A DNA stretch of 64,000 nt, from positions 1-64,000 of the IMG/VR virus record IMGVR_UViG_3300042890_000947. One strand, 5' to 3'. The translations under genes were made by a program, and so were the position numbers. This DNA is from a virus. Below, piece by piece: positions 41,069 through 51,364 of this stretch; within the stretch, counting starts at the first letter, position 1; each line of letters begins with the position of its first letter. The notes under the pieces are model-generated. The model was not told the DNA's origin and did no database searches. It saw only the letters and a program-made list of their open reading frames with translations.

Positions 41069-41388
41069 TGGCCGCTAATGTAAAGATTCTAAGACTTGTT
41101 ACAGGTGAAGAGTTACTTGGTGAAGTTACGGAATCATCACCTATTCCAACAAGTGTGATAATCAAGAATCCTGTTCGTATCGTTGTAATGCCTAACAAGG
41201 TTGATCCTAAGACTCCAAATGTAGGCTTTGCTCCATGGGCAGAATTTAGTGATGACAAGACATTTACTATTGACAAGTCTCATATTCTTGCTATAATCAA
41301 TCCTATCAAAGAGTTTATCAATCAATATAATTCCATGTTTGGTGGACTTGTTGTACCTTCCAGTAATCTTATCATGCCAGGAGCTTAA
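41068..41388 (+). CDS. Sm-like conserved T4-like phage protein
   Basis: VKILRLVTGEELLG...KNP...GFAPW; position upstream of gp43. Confidence 0.6.
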   Translation: MAANVKILRLVTGEELLGEVTESSPIPTSVIIKNPVRIVVMPNKVDPKTPNVGFAPWAEFSDDKTFTIDKSHILAIINPIKEFINQYNSMFGGLVVPSSNLIMPGA

Positions 41389-43944
41389 ATGAAATCTTTC
41401 TATACTAATGTTCAGGTCTACGGTTCTCGTATCCTGTATCGCGGTGTAGAAGACGGAAGAAAAGTCAAGCGAAAGATTGATTATTTCCCAACCCTGTATG
41501 TTCCAGCAAAAGAGCATACAGGGTTTTCTTCCGTTTCTGGTGAAGCTATGGCTGAAATGAAGCCAGGCAACATCCGCGAAACAAGGGACTTTGTTGAAAC
41601 ATACAAAGATGTACAGAACTTCAAAATTTATGGCAATCAAAAGTATGAGTATGCTTTTATCGCAGATCATTTCAGTGATGATGTGGACTGGGATCTAAGT
41701 CATATCAATGTTACCAATATCGATATCGAGGTTGGATCCGAGAATGGATTTCCTGAGCCTGGTCAGGCCAGTGAGCCTATCACTGCTATCACATTCAAGA
41801 ACAATCAAGGCAAGTTTATTGTATTGGGTTGTGGCAAGTTTGATAACAAGCGCGATGATGTTTGGTATATTCAGTGCCGTGATGAAATCGATCTAATCAA
41901 GCGATTCATTGATGAGTGGGCTGACAACTATCCAGATATCATTACTGGTTGGAATGTTGAGCGTTTCGATATTCCCTATCTTGTCAATCGTATTCGTAAT
42001 GTCCTTGGTGAAGACGCAACGAAGCGTCTGTCTCCTTGGATGATTGTGAATGAGCGTAAGATTCGTGGATATAATGGTGCAGAAGAACAAGCCTATGATC
42101 TAATGGGTATTGCTGTTCTGGACTATCTCGCAATGTATAAGAAGTTTGCTCCAGGTGGTCAGTCTCAGGAATCATATAAGCTTGATGCTATCGCTAATGT
42201 AGAAGTTGGTGAGCGTAAGCTTTCGTATGAAGAGTACGGTAATCTTCATACTCTCTACAAGGACAACTATCAGTTATTCATTGAGTATAACATTAAAGAC
42301 GTTGAACTGGTAGAAAAGATTGACGATAAGATCAAACTGATTGAACTTGTTCTAACTCTTGCGTATGATTCCAAGACAAACTACATGGACGCATTCTCTC
42401 AGGTGCGTATGTGGGATGCTATCGTTTATAATCATCTCCGTAAGAAGAATATTGTTGTTGATCCTATCATCAAGCACCATAAGGATGAAGCATATGTTGG
42501 CGCATTCGTCAAGGATCCAATCCTTGGCATTCACAAGTGGGTTGCTTCATTCGACTTGAACAGTCTGTATCCGCATTTGATTATGCAGTACAATATCAGC
42601 CCAGACACTATTATTGAACCGGAAAAATATAATGATGCTCAAAGAAATATTTTGCGTAATCGCGTGGATGTTGACAGCCTATTATCTCGCAATGTTGAGC
42701 TTGGCAGCTTGGCAACATCTAATTGCACCTTAACTCCCAATGGGCAGTTCTTTACAAAAGAACGCCATGGGTTCTTGCCCGAAATTATGGAGACAATGTA
42801 CAATGACCGCTCTGCGTACAAGAAGAAGGCTATTACGGCTAAGAAAGAACTTGAGAAAGAGACCGACTCATCAAAACGCTATGAGATTGAAAAACGCATT
42901 GCACGATATAACAATCTCCAACTTGCGAAGAAGGTTTCGCTCAATTCTGCTTACGGCGCTCTTGGCAACCAATATTTCAGGTACTTTGACGTTCGACAGG
43001 CCTCGGGTATTACCACGGCCGGTCAACTTTCTATTCGATGGATAGAAAACAAGATAAACGAGTATCTGAACAAGTTACTCAAGACAAAGGATCACGATTA
43101 TGTCATTGCGTCAGATACGGACTCGATTTACCTATCGCTTGATAAATTGGTCAGCGAGACTATTGTTAAGCAGAAGCCGAATGCTACTACAAGAGAAATC
43201 ATCACCTTCATGGACAAGGCGTGTGAAGATCGGATTCAACCGTTTATTGACAAGGCTTATTCTGAGCTTGCTGAGTATGTAAACGCCTACGAACAGAAGA
43301 TGCAGATGAAACGCGAAGCTTTGGCCGACAAGGGTATCTGGACAGCCAAGAAGCGTTACATTCTGAATGTGTATAACAACGAAGGTGTTGAGTATACGCA
43401 TCCTAAGATAAAGATCATGGGTCTTGAAATGATCAAGTCTTCGACTCCAGCCTATTGTCGTAAGATTCTTTGGGAAGCAATTGATATTGTTCTCAACAAG
43501 ACTGAGGATGATATGATCAGTATGGTCGAAACATGGCGTCAAGAGTTCCGTCATCAAAATATTGCTGACATTTCATTCCCTCGCGGCGTGAATGGTCTTG
43601 CAAAGTTTTCTGATGTGAACATGGTGTATGGTAAAGGTTGTCCAATTCATGTGAGAGGTTCATTGCTGTATAACGCATTTGTCGTTGTCAACAATCTTGA
43701 TAAGAAGTTGCCTCTTATCAAAGAAGGCGAGAAGATCAAGTTTCTTTTCCTGAAAGAACCGAATCATCTTCATTCGAATGTAATTGCTTTCCCGCAATCG
43801 CTGCCAGATGAATTTGAATTGAAATCGTATATCGACCATGATACACAATTCGAGAAGTCTTTTGTGGAACCATTGAAGATCATCCTTGATAGTATTGGTT
43901 GGAAGACAGAACAAGTTAGTTCACTAGAGGATTTCTTTTCATGA
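41389..43944 (+). CDS. 43: family B DNA polymerase (T4 gp43)
   Basis: DIE, GWNVERFD, SFDLNSLYP, KVSLNSAYG, SDTDS, KKRY, SLEDFF clamp-binding tail. Confidence 0.98.
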   Translation: MKSFYTNVQVYGSRILYRGVEDGRKVKRKIDYFPTLYVPAKEHTGFSSVSGEAMAEMKPGNIRETRDFVETYKDVQNFKIYGNQKYEYAFIADHFSDDVDWDLSHINVTNIDIEVGSENGFPEPGQASEPITAITFKNNQGKFIVLGCGKFDNKRDDVWYIQCRDEIDLIKRFIDEWADNYPDIITGWNVERFDIPYLVNRIRNVLGEDATKRLSPWMIVNERKIRGYNGAEEQAYDLMGIAVLDYLAMYKKFAPGGQSQESYKLDAIANVEVGERKLSYEEYGNLHTLYKDNYQLFIEYNIKDVELVEKIDDKIKLIELVLTLAYDSKTNYMDAFSQVRMWDAIVYNHLRKKNIVVDPIIKHHKDEAYVGAFVKDPILGIHKWVASFDLNSLYPHLIMQYNISPDTIIEPEKYNDAQRNILRNRVDVDSLLSRNVELGSLATSNCTLTPNGQFFTKERHGFLPEIMETMYNDRSAYKKKAITAKKELEKETDSSKRYEIEKRIARYNNLQLAKKVSLNSAYGALGNQYFRYFDVRQASGITTAGQLSIRWIENKINEYLNKLLKTKDHDYVIASDTDSIYLSLDKLVSETIVKQKPNATTREIITFMDKACEDRIQPFIDKAYSELAEYVNAYEQKMQMKREALADKGIWTAKKRYILNVYNNEGVEYTHPKIKIMGLEMIKSSTPAYCRKILWEAIDIVLNKTEDDMISMVETWRQEFRHQNIADISFPRGVNGLAKFSDVNMVYGKGCPIHVRGSLLYNAFVVVNNLDKKLPLIKEGEKIKFLFLKEPNHLHSNVIAFPQSLPDEFELKSYIDHDTQFEKSFVEPLKIILDSIGWKTEQVSSLEDFFS

Positions 43945-44399
43945 AGTTAGATTTTTGTGCGGTATGTGGTACAACAAACGATTTACATCAACATCATATT
44001 GAGCCTGTTGTTTACAGTAGAATAAACAGAAAAGCAAAAAATAAGAATTATGATTCTAACAAAAAATTAAAGGATTGTACTTCAATAGAAGTCTTTGCGT
44101 GGCTTTTTGACAAAGGGATTATTACGGAAGATGAAACAATTACTGTATGTTCATATCATCATAATTTGATGCATGGTCTCATAAGATTTCAAAAATATGA
44201 ACATAGTAATATGATCAAAGAAGGACAAAAGACTGCCAAAGAGAAGGGCATTAAAATAGGCAGACCGACGAAATTAACAGAAGAATTAAAATCTAAAATT
44301 AGTATCATGAGAAATTCCGGAATAGGTATAAAGAAGATCGCAAAAGATTGTTGTGTTGGCGTAGGAACTGTGTATGAGGTATTAAGAACTTCTAAATAA
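43941..44399 (+). CDS. HNH endonuclease with resolvase-type C-terminal HTH
   Basis: CAVC...HHIEP...CSYHH; GRPTKL...GIKKIAKDCCVGVGTVY. Confidence 0.65.
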   Translation: MKLDFCAVCGTTNDLHQHHIEPVVYSRINRKAKNKNYDSNKKLKDCTSIEVFAWLFDKGIITEDETITVCSYHHNLMHGLIRFQKYEHSNMIKEGQKTAKEKGIKIGRPTKLTEELKSKISIMRNSGIGIKKIAKDCCVGVGTVYEVLRTSK

Positions 44400-44402
44400 G
44401 AG

Positions 44403-45188
44403 ATGAAACAACATTTCTTAAACTATCTGGTCTTTCTAACAGGACTAATCATATCAGGCGTTGCTGCTTACTACTCAATCATAGGTCTTACTGCTATCTT
44501 TGCAGGAGCATTTTGGCCTGTGGTCATTATGGGCACTTCACTTGAGTTTGGCAAACTCGTCGCAGTATCATGGCTATACAATAACTGGAAACAAACGCCG
44601 TTTCTAATCAAGTCATATCTCACAATATCAATAGTGGTTCTCATGCTGATAACAAGCATGGGAATCTTTGGCTTTTTATCAAGAGCGCACATAGAACAGA
44701 CACTAACAATGAACACTGGTGTTAGTGATCAAATTGAAATTGTTGATAACGATATAAAGTTTCAAGAGGAACGTATCGCAGATTTGGATAAACAGATAAA
44801 AGTCATCGATGATTCCATTTCAAAGATGATTGAAAAGGGGCAAACTAAATCTTCCTTACAGGCTGCAAAGCAACAAAAGGAAACTAGACAAACTCTTGTG
44901 GATGAAAAAAGAGCAGAGATTGATAAGATCGGCAAATTAAAGACAGATAAAATCAAATTACAATCCAATCAAAAAAAGATTGAAGCGGAAGTCGGCCCAC
45001 TAAAATATGTGGCCGAACTTATCTATGGGTCAGATGATCAACAATTACTTGACAAAGCCGTTAGATTTGTTATAATAGTTCTCATATTTGTATTTGATCC
45101 TTTAGCGGTATTGCTCCTATTAGCATTCAATATATCGATGAGCAGATCAAGACGAATGGAATACTTAACAATGGATGAGTTGGAATAA
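44403..45188 (+). CDS. membrane protein with coiled coil
   Basis: three N-terminal TM segments, coiled coil, FVFDPLAVLLL. Confidence 0.6.
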   Translation: MKQHFLNYLVFLTGLIISGVAAYYSIIGLTAIFAGAFWPVVIMGTSLEFGKLVAVSWLYNNWKQTPFLIKSYLTISIVVLMLITSMGIFGFLSRAHIEQTLTMNTGVSDQIEIVDNDIKFQEERIADLDKQIKVIDDSISKMIEKGQTKSSLQAAKQQKETRQTLVDEKRAEIDKIGKLKTDKIKLQSNQKKIEAEVGPLKYVAELIYGSDDQQLLDKAVRFVIIVLIFVFDPLAVLLLLAFNISMSRSRRMEYLTMDELE

Positions 45189-45556
45189 TGGATAGTTATG
45201 ATGATTTGAATGATAGGAATCAACCGATGTTACATGAATCGATGAAGCGCCCATGGGGTGAATGGCATGTACTTGATGTAGATCAGGGATATAAGGTAAA
45301 GCGCCTACACATTCTACCTGATCAGGCTATTTCACTACAGTATCACAATCATCGTTCGGAACATTGGACGATTGTGCAGGGTGAAGGCAAGGTCATCGTT
45401 GATGGTAATATCTTTACTGTTAGTAAGGGCGAATCATTTCATGTGCCTCGCATGTCTTTACACAAGATTACGAATACTCACCTACATGAAACTTTGATTG
45501 CTATTGAGGTTCAGATGGGGGAGATATGTAGCGAAGAAGATATCGTTCGCTGCTAA
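45188..45556 (+). CDS. mannose-6-phosphate isomerase type II-like cupin
   Basis: RPWG, SLQYHNHRSEHW, IEVQMG, EEDIVR. Confidence 0.85.
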   Translation: MDSYDDLNDRNQPMLHESMKRPWGEWHVLDVDQGYKVKRLHILPDQAISLQYHNHRSEHWTIVQGEGKVIVDGNIFTVSKGESFHVPRMSLHKITNTHLHETLIAIEVQMGEICSEEDIVRC

Positions 45557-45607
45557 ATACGGCGTCACGGAGATTCGTGACTTAACACATAATATTGGAG
45601 AATCAAT

Positions 45608-46660
45608 ATGAGTAATATGTTTAACTCCCTATTAAAGGAGATTGATAATGAGTATGCGGGTATCGCAGAAGACGGCGTTGAAGCTGGTGATGTTACTGGG
45701 TTCATTGGTACCGGCAGCTATAGCCTCAATGCTTTGCTTTCTGGTAGTATATACGGCGGCCTCCCTGCTAACAAGGTTACCGCACTTGCAGGTGAACCTT
45801 CAACCGGAAAGACCTTTTATGCGATTAACATCGTTCGACAGTTCCTCAGGGACAACGAAACAGGGTTCGTCTTCTACTTCGAATCCGAATCCGCTATATC
45901 TAAGCAAATGCTGGCAGATAGAGAGATTGACACAAAGCGAGTTGCTGTTGTGCCGGTCGCAACTATCCAAGAGTTCCGCACTCAAGCCGTAAAAATCCTC
46001 GACAAGTATATTGAAAGCAAGAATGAAAAGGATCGTCCTCAGATGCTTTTTGTTCTCGACTCACTTGGCAATCTTTCTACTACGAAAGAGATGGAGGATA
46101 TTGCTGATGGTAAAGACACACGCGATATGACACGCGCACAACTTGTTCGTGGTGCTTTCCGTGTTCTCACTCTAAAGCTTGGCAAGGCCAAAGTTCCTCT
46201 CATCGTGACAAATCACGTTTATGATGTTGTTGGTGCTTATGTCCCAACTAAGAAGATGGGTGGTGGTTCTGGTCTTGAATATGCTGCGTCTACTATTCTC
46301 TTCCTGTCTAAGAAGAAGGATAAGGACAAGTCCGATAACTCCATTACTGGTGCTATCATCACCGCAAATCTCAAGAAGGCGCGTTTGACAATCGAGAATA
46401 AGAAGGTCGAAACTCTTCTTGACTATGCAACTGGTCTTGATCCATACTATGGTCTTCTGGACTTGGCAGAGAAGTTTGGTATCTTCAAGAAGGTAACAAC
46501 TCGTTACGAACTTCCTAATGGAACTAAAGTCTTTGAATCAGCCATCGAAAAGAATCCTGAGAAGTATTTCACTAAGGATATTCTCGACCAGATTGATGAA
46601 AAGTGTAAGGATGAATTCCTCTACGGCAAGTCTAATGTTGCAGCAGTGGAGGAAGAATAA
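45608..46660 (+). CDS. uvsX: RecA-like recombinase UvsX
   Basis: [29 protein letters not shown]. Confidence 0.95.
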   Translation: MSNMFNSLLKEIDNEYAGIAEDGVEAGDVTGFIGTGSYSLNALLSGSIYGGLPANKVTALAGEPSTGKTFYAINIVRQFLRDNETGFVFYFESESAISKQMLADREIDTKRVAVVPVATIQEFRTQAVKILDKYIESKNEKDRPQMLFVLDSLGNLSTTKEMEDIADGKDTRDMTRAQLVRGAFRVLTLKLGKAKVPLIVTNHVYDVVGAYVPTKKMGGGSGLEYAASTILFLSKKKDKDKSDNSITGAIITANLKKARLTIENKKVETLLDYATGLDPYYGLLDLAEKFGIFKKVTTRYELPNGTKVFESAIEKNPEKYFTKDILDQIDEKCKDEFLYGKSNVAAVEEE

Positions 46661-46851
46661 TGAGTTTCCTTGAAAAAGCTAATGACAAATACGGCGCCAT
46701 CTTCATAGTTTGTGCCGCAGTAACTCTAATACTACTTCTATTAGTCTGTGTTGGCATTGCAATTCTGACGAATGGTTTATTCCTTTTGTTGTTTCCATTA
46801 GGATTCATCTACATGCTGTATAAGACCTATCGTGAGGGAGATAATCAATGA
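46660..46851 (+). CDS. small membrane protein
   Basis: two hydrophobic segments. Confidence 0.55.
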   Translation: MSFLEKANDKYGAIFIVCAAVTLILLLLVCVGIAILTNGLFLLLFPLGFIYMLYKTYREGDNQ

Positions 46852-47171
46852 TCATCGGTAAAGACTATCTCCTAAGAGATGATTTGTACGAAGAAGATAA
46901 GACGATGCCCATTCAGTTATTGACTGGGCCGTATAAAGATGTTATACTTCGCTATACAACCGTGTCCATCAAAGAGATGGAGAATGATCAAGCCAAGATG
47001 TTGTTTGATTATGATCTACTTGAGATGGGCGATCACACCGAAACATCGCTTCGGAAAGATGTGAAGTTCACACAACATGTTGGACTTGTATTGAATACGA
47101 TGATTCTGGAAACTTTGGAGGAAAAGTATGCAACTGGAGAAAACGATCCTACGGAATTTGTTGAGGAATGA
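46848..47171 (+). CDS. probable gp40-like head vertex assembly chaperone
   Basis: synteny uvsX-40-41; IQLLTGPYKDVILRY. Confidence 0.55.
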   Translation: MIIGKDYLLRDDLYEEDKTMPIQLLTGPYKDVILRYTTVSIKEMENDQAKMLFDYDLLEMGDHTETSLRKDVKFTQHVGLVLNTMILETLEEKYATGENDPTEFVEE

Positions 47172-48519
47172 TGACTATACCCGCAAGGTATTGCCATTCA
47201 TTAAGAACGAATATTTCTCGTCGGAAGAAGATCGGGTTCTCTACAAGGAGATAAAGGACTTTGTTATCAAGTATAACAAGGCTCCTACCTATGATGCTTT
47301 ACAGATTGAAGTTGATTCCCTTCCATCTTTGAAAGAAGATCAGGTCAAGAGTATCAATACCACAATCAATGACTTTCGTTCTAACACAGACGATACAAAC
47401 ATTGATTGGCTTGTTGATAGCACTGAAAAGTTCTGCCAAGAAAAGGCTCTGTATCATGCTATCATGTCCTCAATCGAAATCATGAACAACAAGAATGGCT
47501 CCCTTACAACGGGGGCCATTCCCTCTATTCTTTCGGATGCTTTGGCTGTATCGTTTGATCCAAATGTTGGTCACGATTATCTTGAAGATTTCGATAAGCG
47601 ATATGATTATTACCATCGTGTGCTTGAGAAGATTCCATTTGACCTTGAATTCTTCAACAAGATCACCAAAGATGGTCTACCAAAGAAGACTTTGAATATC
47701 GCACTGGCTGGTACTGGTGTCGGTAAGTCTTTGTTCATGTGTCATGTTGCTGCTTCGTGTTTGAACCAAGGCAAGAATGTATTGTATATCACTCTTGAGT
47801 TGGCCGAAGAAGAGGTAGCAAAGCGTATTGATGCCAATCTTATGAACATTACCTTTGAAGACCTAATGGCTCTATCGAAGGATATGTATGAGAAGAAAGC
47901 CAATATGATCAAGTCTAAGACAAATGGCAAGTTGATCGTTAAGGAATATCCAACAGCTGGCGCATCCTCGATGCATTTCAAGGCATTGTTGAATGAGTTG
48001 AATTTGAAGAAGTCATTCAAGCCAGATATTATCTTTATCGATTATCTCAACATTTGTATGTCCTCGCGCGTGAAGCCTGGTTCCAATATCAATTCATATA
48101 CCTACATTAAGTCTATCGCAGAAGAGTTGCGTGGTCTTGCTGTAGAGTTTGAAGTGCCAGTTGTTTCAGCCACACAGACAACCAGAAGCGGCTTCACATC
48201 TTCCGATGTTGGTCTTGAAGATACTTCCGAATCATTTGGTTTGCCAGCAACGGCTGACTTCATGTTTGCCTTGATATCTACCGAAGAACTACAAGCACTC
48301 GGTCAGATTATGGTAAAGCAGTTGAAGAACCGATACAATGATCCTACAATGAACAAGAGATTTATGTTGGGTATTGACAGATCAAAGATGAAGTTGTATG
48401 ATGTAGAGAACACCGCACAGATGGATATCATCGATAGCGGGCAGACTTCTAATACACCTAAGATTCCACAGAAACAGTTTGGCAACAATAAAGATAAGTT
48501 CAAAGGATTCAAAGTATGA
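47128..48519 (+). CDS. 41: replicative helicase (T4 gp41)
   Basis: AGTGVGKS, IDYLNI, IAEELRG, SESFGLPATAD, KQLKNRY. Confidence 0.97.
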   Translation: MQLEKTILRNLLRNDDYTRKVLPFIKNEYFSSEEDRVLYKEIKDFVIKYNKAPTYDALQIEVDSLPSLKEDQVKSINTTINDFRSNTDDTNIDWLVDSTEKFCQEKALYHAIMSSIEIMNNKNGSLTTGAIPSILSDALAVSFDPNVGHDYLEDFDKRYDYYHRVLEKIPFDLEFFNKITKDGLPKKTLNIALAGTGVGKSLFMCHVAASCLNQGKNVLYITLELAEEEVAKRIDANLMNITFEDLMALSKDMYEKKANMIKSKTNGKLIVKEYPTAGASSMHFKALLNELNLKKSFKPDIIFIDYLNICMSSRVKPGSNINSYTYIKSIAEELRGLAVEFEVPVVSATQTTRSGFTSSDVGLEDTSESFGLPATADFMFALISTEELQALGQIMVKQLKNRYNDPTMNKRFMLGIDRSKMKLYDVENTAQMDIIDSGQTSNTPKIPQKQFGNNKDKFKGFKV

Positions 48520-48761
48520 AAATGACCAAGTATGATGTAGTACCGTTCAAGGAAAATGATGATTACATGTGGGGAGTTTTTGAACTTGCTACCGAACAAG
48601 TGATTGAAACTTTTTTCTTTGAGGAAGATGCCATGAGAATGGCAAAGCATTTAGACCGCGGTGCTGGATTCTCTGGCTGGACTCCAGGCTTTCTTCTAAC
48701 AAAGGTTGTAGTCAAGGAAGATATCAACCAGAAGTTTAGTGAGCTGGTTTTGAGCAAGTAG
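48516..48761 (+). CDS. hypothetical protein
   Basis: coupled ORF; GAGFSGWTP motif. Confidence 0.55.
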   Translation: MKMTKYDVVPFKENDDYMWGVFELATEQVIETFFFEEDAMRMAKHLDRGAGFSGWTPGFLLTKVVVKEDINQKFSELVLSK

Positions 48762-48795
48762 CAGCACCCCAGAACCGCTCAGATTTGACAGATTT

Positions 48796-48873
48796 GGAAG
48801 CGGCTGGAGACGGGTCTGGAGAGCGGTTGGTACGATTACGCCAAGCCTCAAACCACCCGTTCCAGCCGCTTCC
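48796..48873. repeat. long GC-rich inverted repeat
   Basis: GGAAGCGGCTGGA-g-ACGGGT ... ACCCGT-TCCAGCCGCTTCC. Confidence 0.8.
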
Positions 48874-48899
48874 TATTGCGTCTGGATTCGACCCAATGA

Positions 48900-48939
48900 T
48901 ATCAATGACTTAGCCGGACGAGAAATCAATGACTTAGCC
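48900..48939. promoter_or_regulatory. 15-bp direct repeat matching the IHF consensus twice
   Basis: ATCAATGACTTAGCC at 48901 and 48925; fits WATCAANNNNTTR. Confidence 0.6.
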
Positions 48940-48940
48940 C

Positions 48941-49016
48941 ATGCGGCCAGAGCATAGCAGGTATGCGGAATGAACCCTTGAAAATCGGGGTTGCCATCCC
49001 CATCTATAGTATATGA
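48941..49016 (+). promoter_or_regulatory. 76-bp promoter element, copy 1 (LysR-type box plus sigma32-like promoter)
   Basis: ATGC-N7-GCAT-N7-ATGC; TTGAAA-N14-CCCCATCT; collinear with 52642-52717. Confidence 0.6.
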
Positions 49017-49456
49017 TGACGGAGACTACCATGACCCTCGCTGAACACCTCGCTGCCCTCAATGCTGAGAAGCTGGCTTGGATCGCCGAAGATCCCGATA
49101 ATCGCTGGACTGGTCTTTATGTCGAGGAACTCGATTTCTGGGCTGAGATGGGCGTCACGACCGTGGCTCAGTTCAAGCGATACGAAAACGAAAGTTTCTT
49201 CTGGGAGATGTACAAGGACGTTACGGGTTGTCGCCCGCGCCACATCAACCTAAAGGACATGTCCGACGAGGAACTGGAACATGAGATTAACCTTCTCAGC
49301 CGCATGATGGAAGACGAAATCAAGCGCGAGGAAGAATGGCGCGCTCAGGAGATGATCTACATTCAGGAAGACGCTGAGGAAGAAAACATCAAGCGCGATG
49401 AAGCTCCGCTTCCGATTGACTATGTGGCTCACAACTATCAGGATGGATGGCTCTAA
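49013..49456 (+). CDS. hypothetical early protein
   Basis: EMYKDVTGCRPR motif; start could be 49031 (GGAG SD). Confidence 0.65.
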   Translation: MMTETTMTLAEHLAALNAEKLAWIAEDPDNRWTGLYVEELDFWAEMGVTTVAQFKRYENESFFWEMYKDVTGCRPRHINLKDMSDEELEHEINLLSRMMEDEIKREEEWRAQEMIYIQEDAEEENIKRDEAPLPIDYVAHNYQDGWL

Positions 49457-49551
49457 TGGCCCTTGAAATTTTTGTTCGCGTTTCGCTCTTTATTGCGCTA
49501 ATCGCATATCTTGTCTGGTTCTGGTCAACGGTTTATTCGTGGGTGCTCTAA
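49456..49551 (+). CDS. small membrane peptide (31 aa)
   Basis: TAATG-coupled hydrophobic ORF. Confidence 0.45.
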   Translation: MALEIFVRVSLFIALIAYLVWFWSTVYSWVL

Positions 49552-49691
49552 TGCTTAGATTTCTACTCGGTATGGTTCTGGGCGCTTCGGCCACGACTGG
49601 TCTTGGCTTACAGATTGTGATGGGTACCATCGGCTTCGGCTTCATGGCTTGGGGCTTCTATTCAATGCTTATGCATGGAGAATTGGAATGA
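49551..49691 (+). CDS. small membrane protein (46 aa)
   Basis: TAATG/ATGA-coupled hydrophobic ORF. Confidence 0.5.
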   Translation: MLRFLLGMVLGASATTGLGLQIVMGTIGFGFMAWGFYSMLMHGELE

Positions 49692-49876
49692 CCGTTTCTG
49701 AAAAGATTAAAGCGCGAATTGCGTTTCTGAAAACTCGGATTTCTAATCTCTCGGAAGATTATGAAGATTATTCCGATGGTAAGATTGCAGCGTTTGAGGA
49801 AGATATCAACTTTCTCATAGAAATGCTGGATGAAATTGAGTGTAAGGCTCTGAAGGAAGAGGGTTACAATGTTTAG
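49688..49876 (+). CDS. hypothetical protein
   Basis: ATGA-coupled ORF. Confidence 0.5.
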   Translation: MTVSEKIKARIAFLKTRISNLSEDYEDYSDGKIAAFEEDINFLIEMLDEIECKALKEEGYNV

Positions 49877-50126
49877 CACCGATAAAAATGCCTATATGAA
49901 CGGCTTTCATATGACTTTCGCAAACGGTTGGACTGTCTCGGTTCAATTCGGCAAGGGTAACTATATCTCGGATCGTGGTCATCACGGCCAGAGTGTAGAT
50001 GCCGAGATTGCCGCTTGGGACAAGGATGGCGCTTGGTATCGTTTTGCCGATCAGGGCGATAATGTCAAGGGTTGGGTTAAGGCCGACGAGGTCGCGGACT
50101 TCATGGCGATGATAAAGGCAAAGTAA
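49869..50126 (+). CDS. hypothetical phage protein
   Basis: GFHMTFANGWTVSVQFG...AEIA motif. Confidence 0.6.
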   Translation: MFSTDKNAYMNGFHMTFANGWTVSVQFGKGNYISDRGHHGQSVDAEIAAWDKDGAWYRFADQGDNVKGWVKADEVADFMAMIKAK

Positions 50127-50315
50127 ATGAAAGTTTATGCTGCGGTTGGTCTAACGGCTCGAATTGATTGGGCTTCTAGATCCGATATCAAAATTCTCGG
50201 CTACTACAAAACGAGAGAAGGCGCCGAGAGAAAAATTACAAAGATGAAAGAAAGTAATTCGTGGTACATGGACTGGGAAGAGTTCGGTATTGATGCAATT
50301 ACAATTGAGGACTAA
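50127..50315 (+). CDS. hypothetical protein
   Basis: ORF. Confidence 0.5.
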   Translation: MKVYAAVGLTARIDWASRSDIKILGYYKTREGAERKITKMKESNSWYMDWEEFGIDAITIED

Positions 50316-50320
50316 AACTA

Positions 50321-50830
50321 ATGGACATTAAGATCATCGGCAAGGCCAAGCACATGTGTAAGGCCGAAATCAAGTTCGCTACCGCCTTCTTTGCCAACTA
50401 TGTGATGGGTGAGCGTCTAGCCAAAAACCTTGACTTTGAAATCCGTTTCGAGGATCAGGGTAAGATGGCCGAAGGGCATTGTAATCCTATTGATGCTGAA
50501 CGGCGTCCTCGTTCGTTTGAGATTGGTATCAATCCAAGACTCCAGCGTTATAAGATGCTCCAGTGTCTCGCGCATGAGATGGTTCATGTGAAGCAGTATG
50601 CCCGTGGTGAGTTGTCTTCCGAATTGATCACCGCGAAGTGGCAGGGTAAGGTCTACAAGATTACCAATTCGTTTGAGGACTATCTCAACTATCCTTGGGA
50701 AGTGGAAGCTTATGGGCGTGACCGTTCGCTCTACCTGTTCTATCAGGTGATGTTGAAGTCGGAAAAGGTCAAGTTCAAGAACGGAAAACTTTACATCGGC
50801 GGTAAGCTGATGCGTTTCAACAAGACTTGA
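50321..50830 (+). CDS. HEXXH zinc metallopeptidase-like protein
   Basis: LAHEMVHVKQY, YPWEVEAY. Confidence 0.7.
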   Translation: MDIKIIGKAKHMCKAEIKFATAFFANYVMGERLAKNLDFEIRFEDQGKMAEGHCNPIDAERRPRSFEIGINPRLQRYKMLQCLAHEMVHVKQYARGELSSELITAKWQGKVYKITNSFEDYLNYPWEVEAYGRDRSLYLFYQVMLKSEKVKFKNGKLYIGGKLMRFNKT

Positions 50831-50855
50831 CAAACCGATTGGATAGTGCTAATAT
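50827..50855 (+). promoter_or_regulatory. sigma70-type promoter
   Basis: TTGACA-N17-TAATAT with TGC extension. Confidence 0.55.
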
Positions 50856-50861
50856 ATAAAC

Positions 50862-51089
50862 ATGATGACAAAGCAACGGAATATTCAAGTCGGTGATCTG
50901 GTTCATGTTCGTACGGAATACAAGTACGGCGCACGACACAGTGTCTCTATCAAGTCTGGAAGGGTTATTAAAAGTGAGCGACATGATCATAAAGATACTT
51001 TTCGTTTATACACTGGCAATCCTCAGTACCCCGTTTCTGTTATCGCATTTGAACGGGTCACTGGTATTAAGCTTCGCGAGGTCGCGTAA
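50862..51089 (+). CDS. hypothetical protein (SH3-like)
   Basis: IQVGDLVHV; probably leaderless after the promoter. Confidence 0.5.
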   Translation: MMTKQRNIQVGDLVHVRTEYKYGARHSVSIKSGRVIKSERHDHKDTFRLYTGNPQYPVSVIAFERVTGIKLREVA

Positions 51090-51277
51090 TGGTTAGGTCT
51101 TATGATGTAGATTTTTATGTTCTTGACAATCGTGCTGGATTCATGCTATACTGTTTTGAAGAAGATGATTGTGTCCATGAGCAGTTCTACCGCAATTCGG
51201 ATGATGCTCACTATGTTGGCCATAAGTTTCTTGATGGATGTTATGTCAAGGGTTATATTCTTGAGGATGTAGCATAA
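51089..51277 (+). CDS. hypothetical protein
   Basis: TAATG-coupled ORF. Confidence 0.5.
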   Translation: MVRSYDVDFYVLDNRAGFMLYCFEEDDCVHEQFYRNSDDAHYVGHKFLDGCYVKGYILEDVA

Positions 51278-51287
51278 ATAAAAAACT

Positions 51288-51364
51288 GGTTCCGTAGTTC
51301 AACTGGATAGAGCAGTCGCCTTCTAAGCGACGAGTTGGGGGTTCGAATCCCTCCGGAACCGCCA
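51288..51364 (+). tRNA. tRNA-Arg(TCT)
   Basis: GTCGC-CTTCTAA-GCGAC; canonical cloverleaf, CCA. Confidence 0.92.

Noticed and set aside
41389-48519. Introns or inteins in gp43, uvsX or gp41
   Set aside because: The ORFs are continuous and of normal length.
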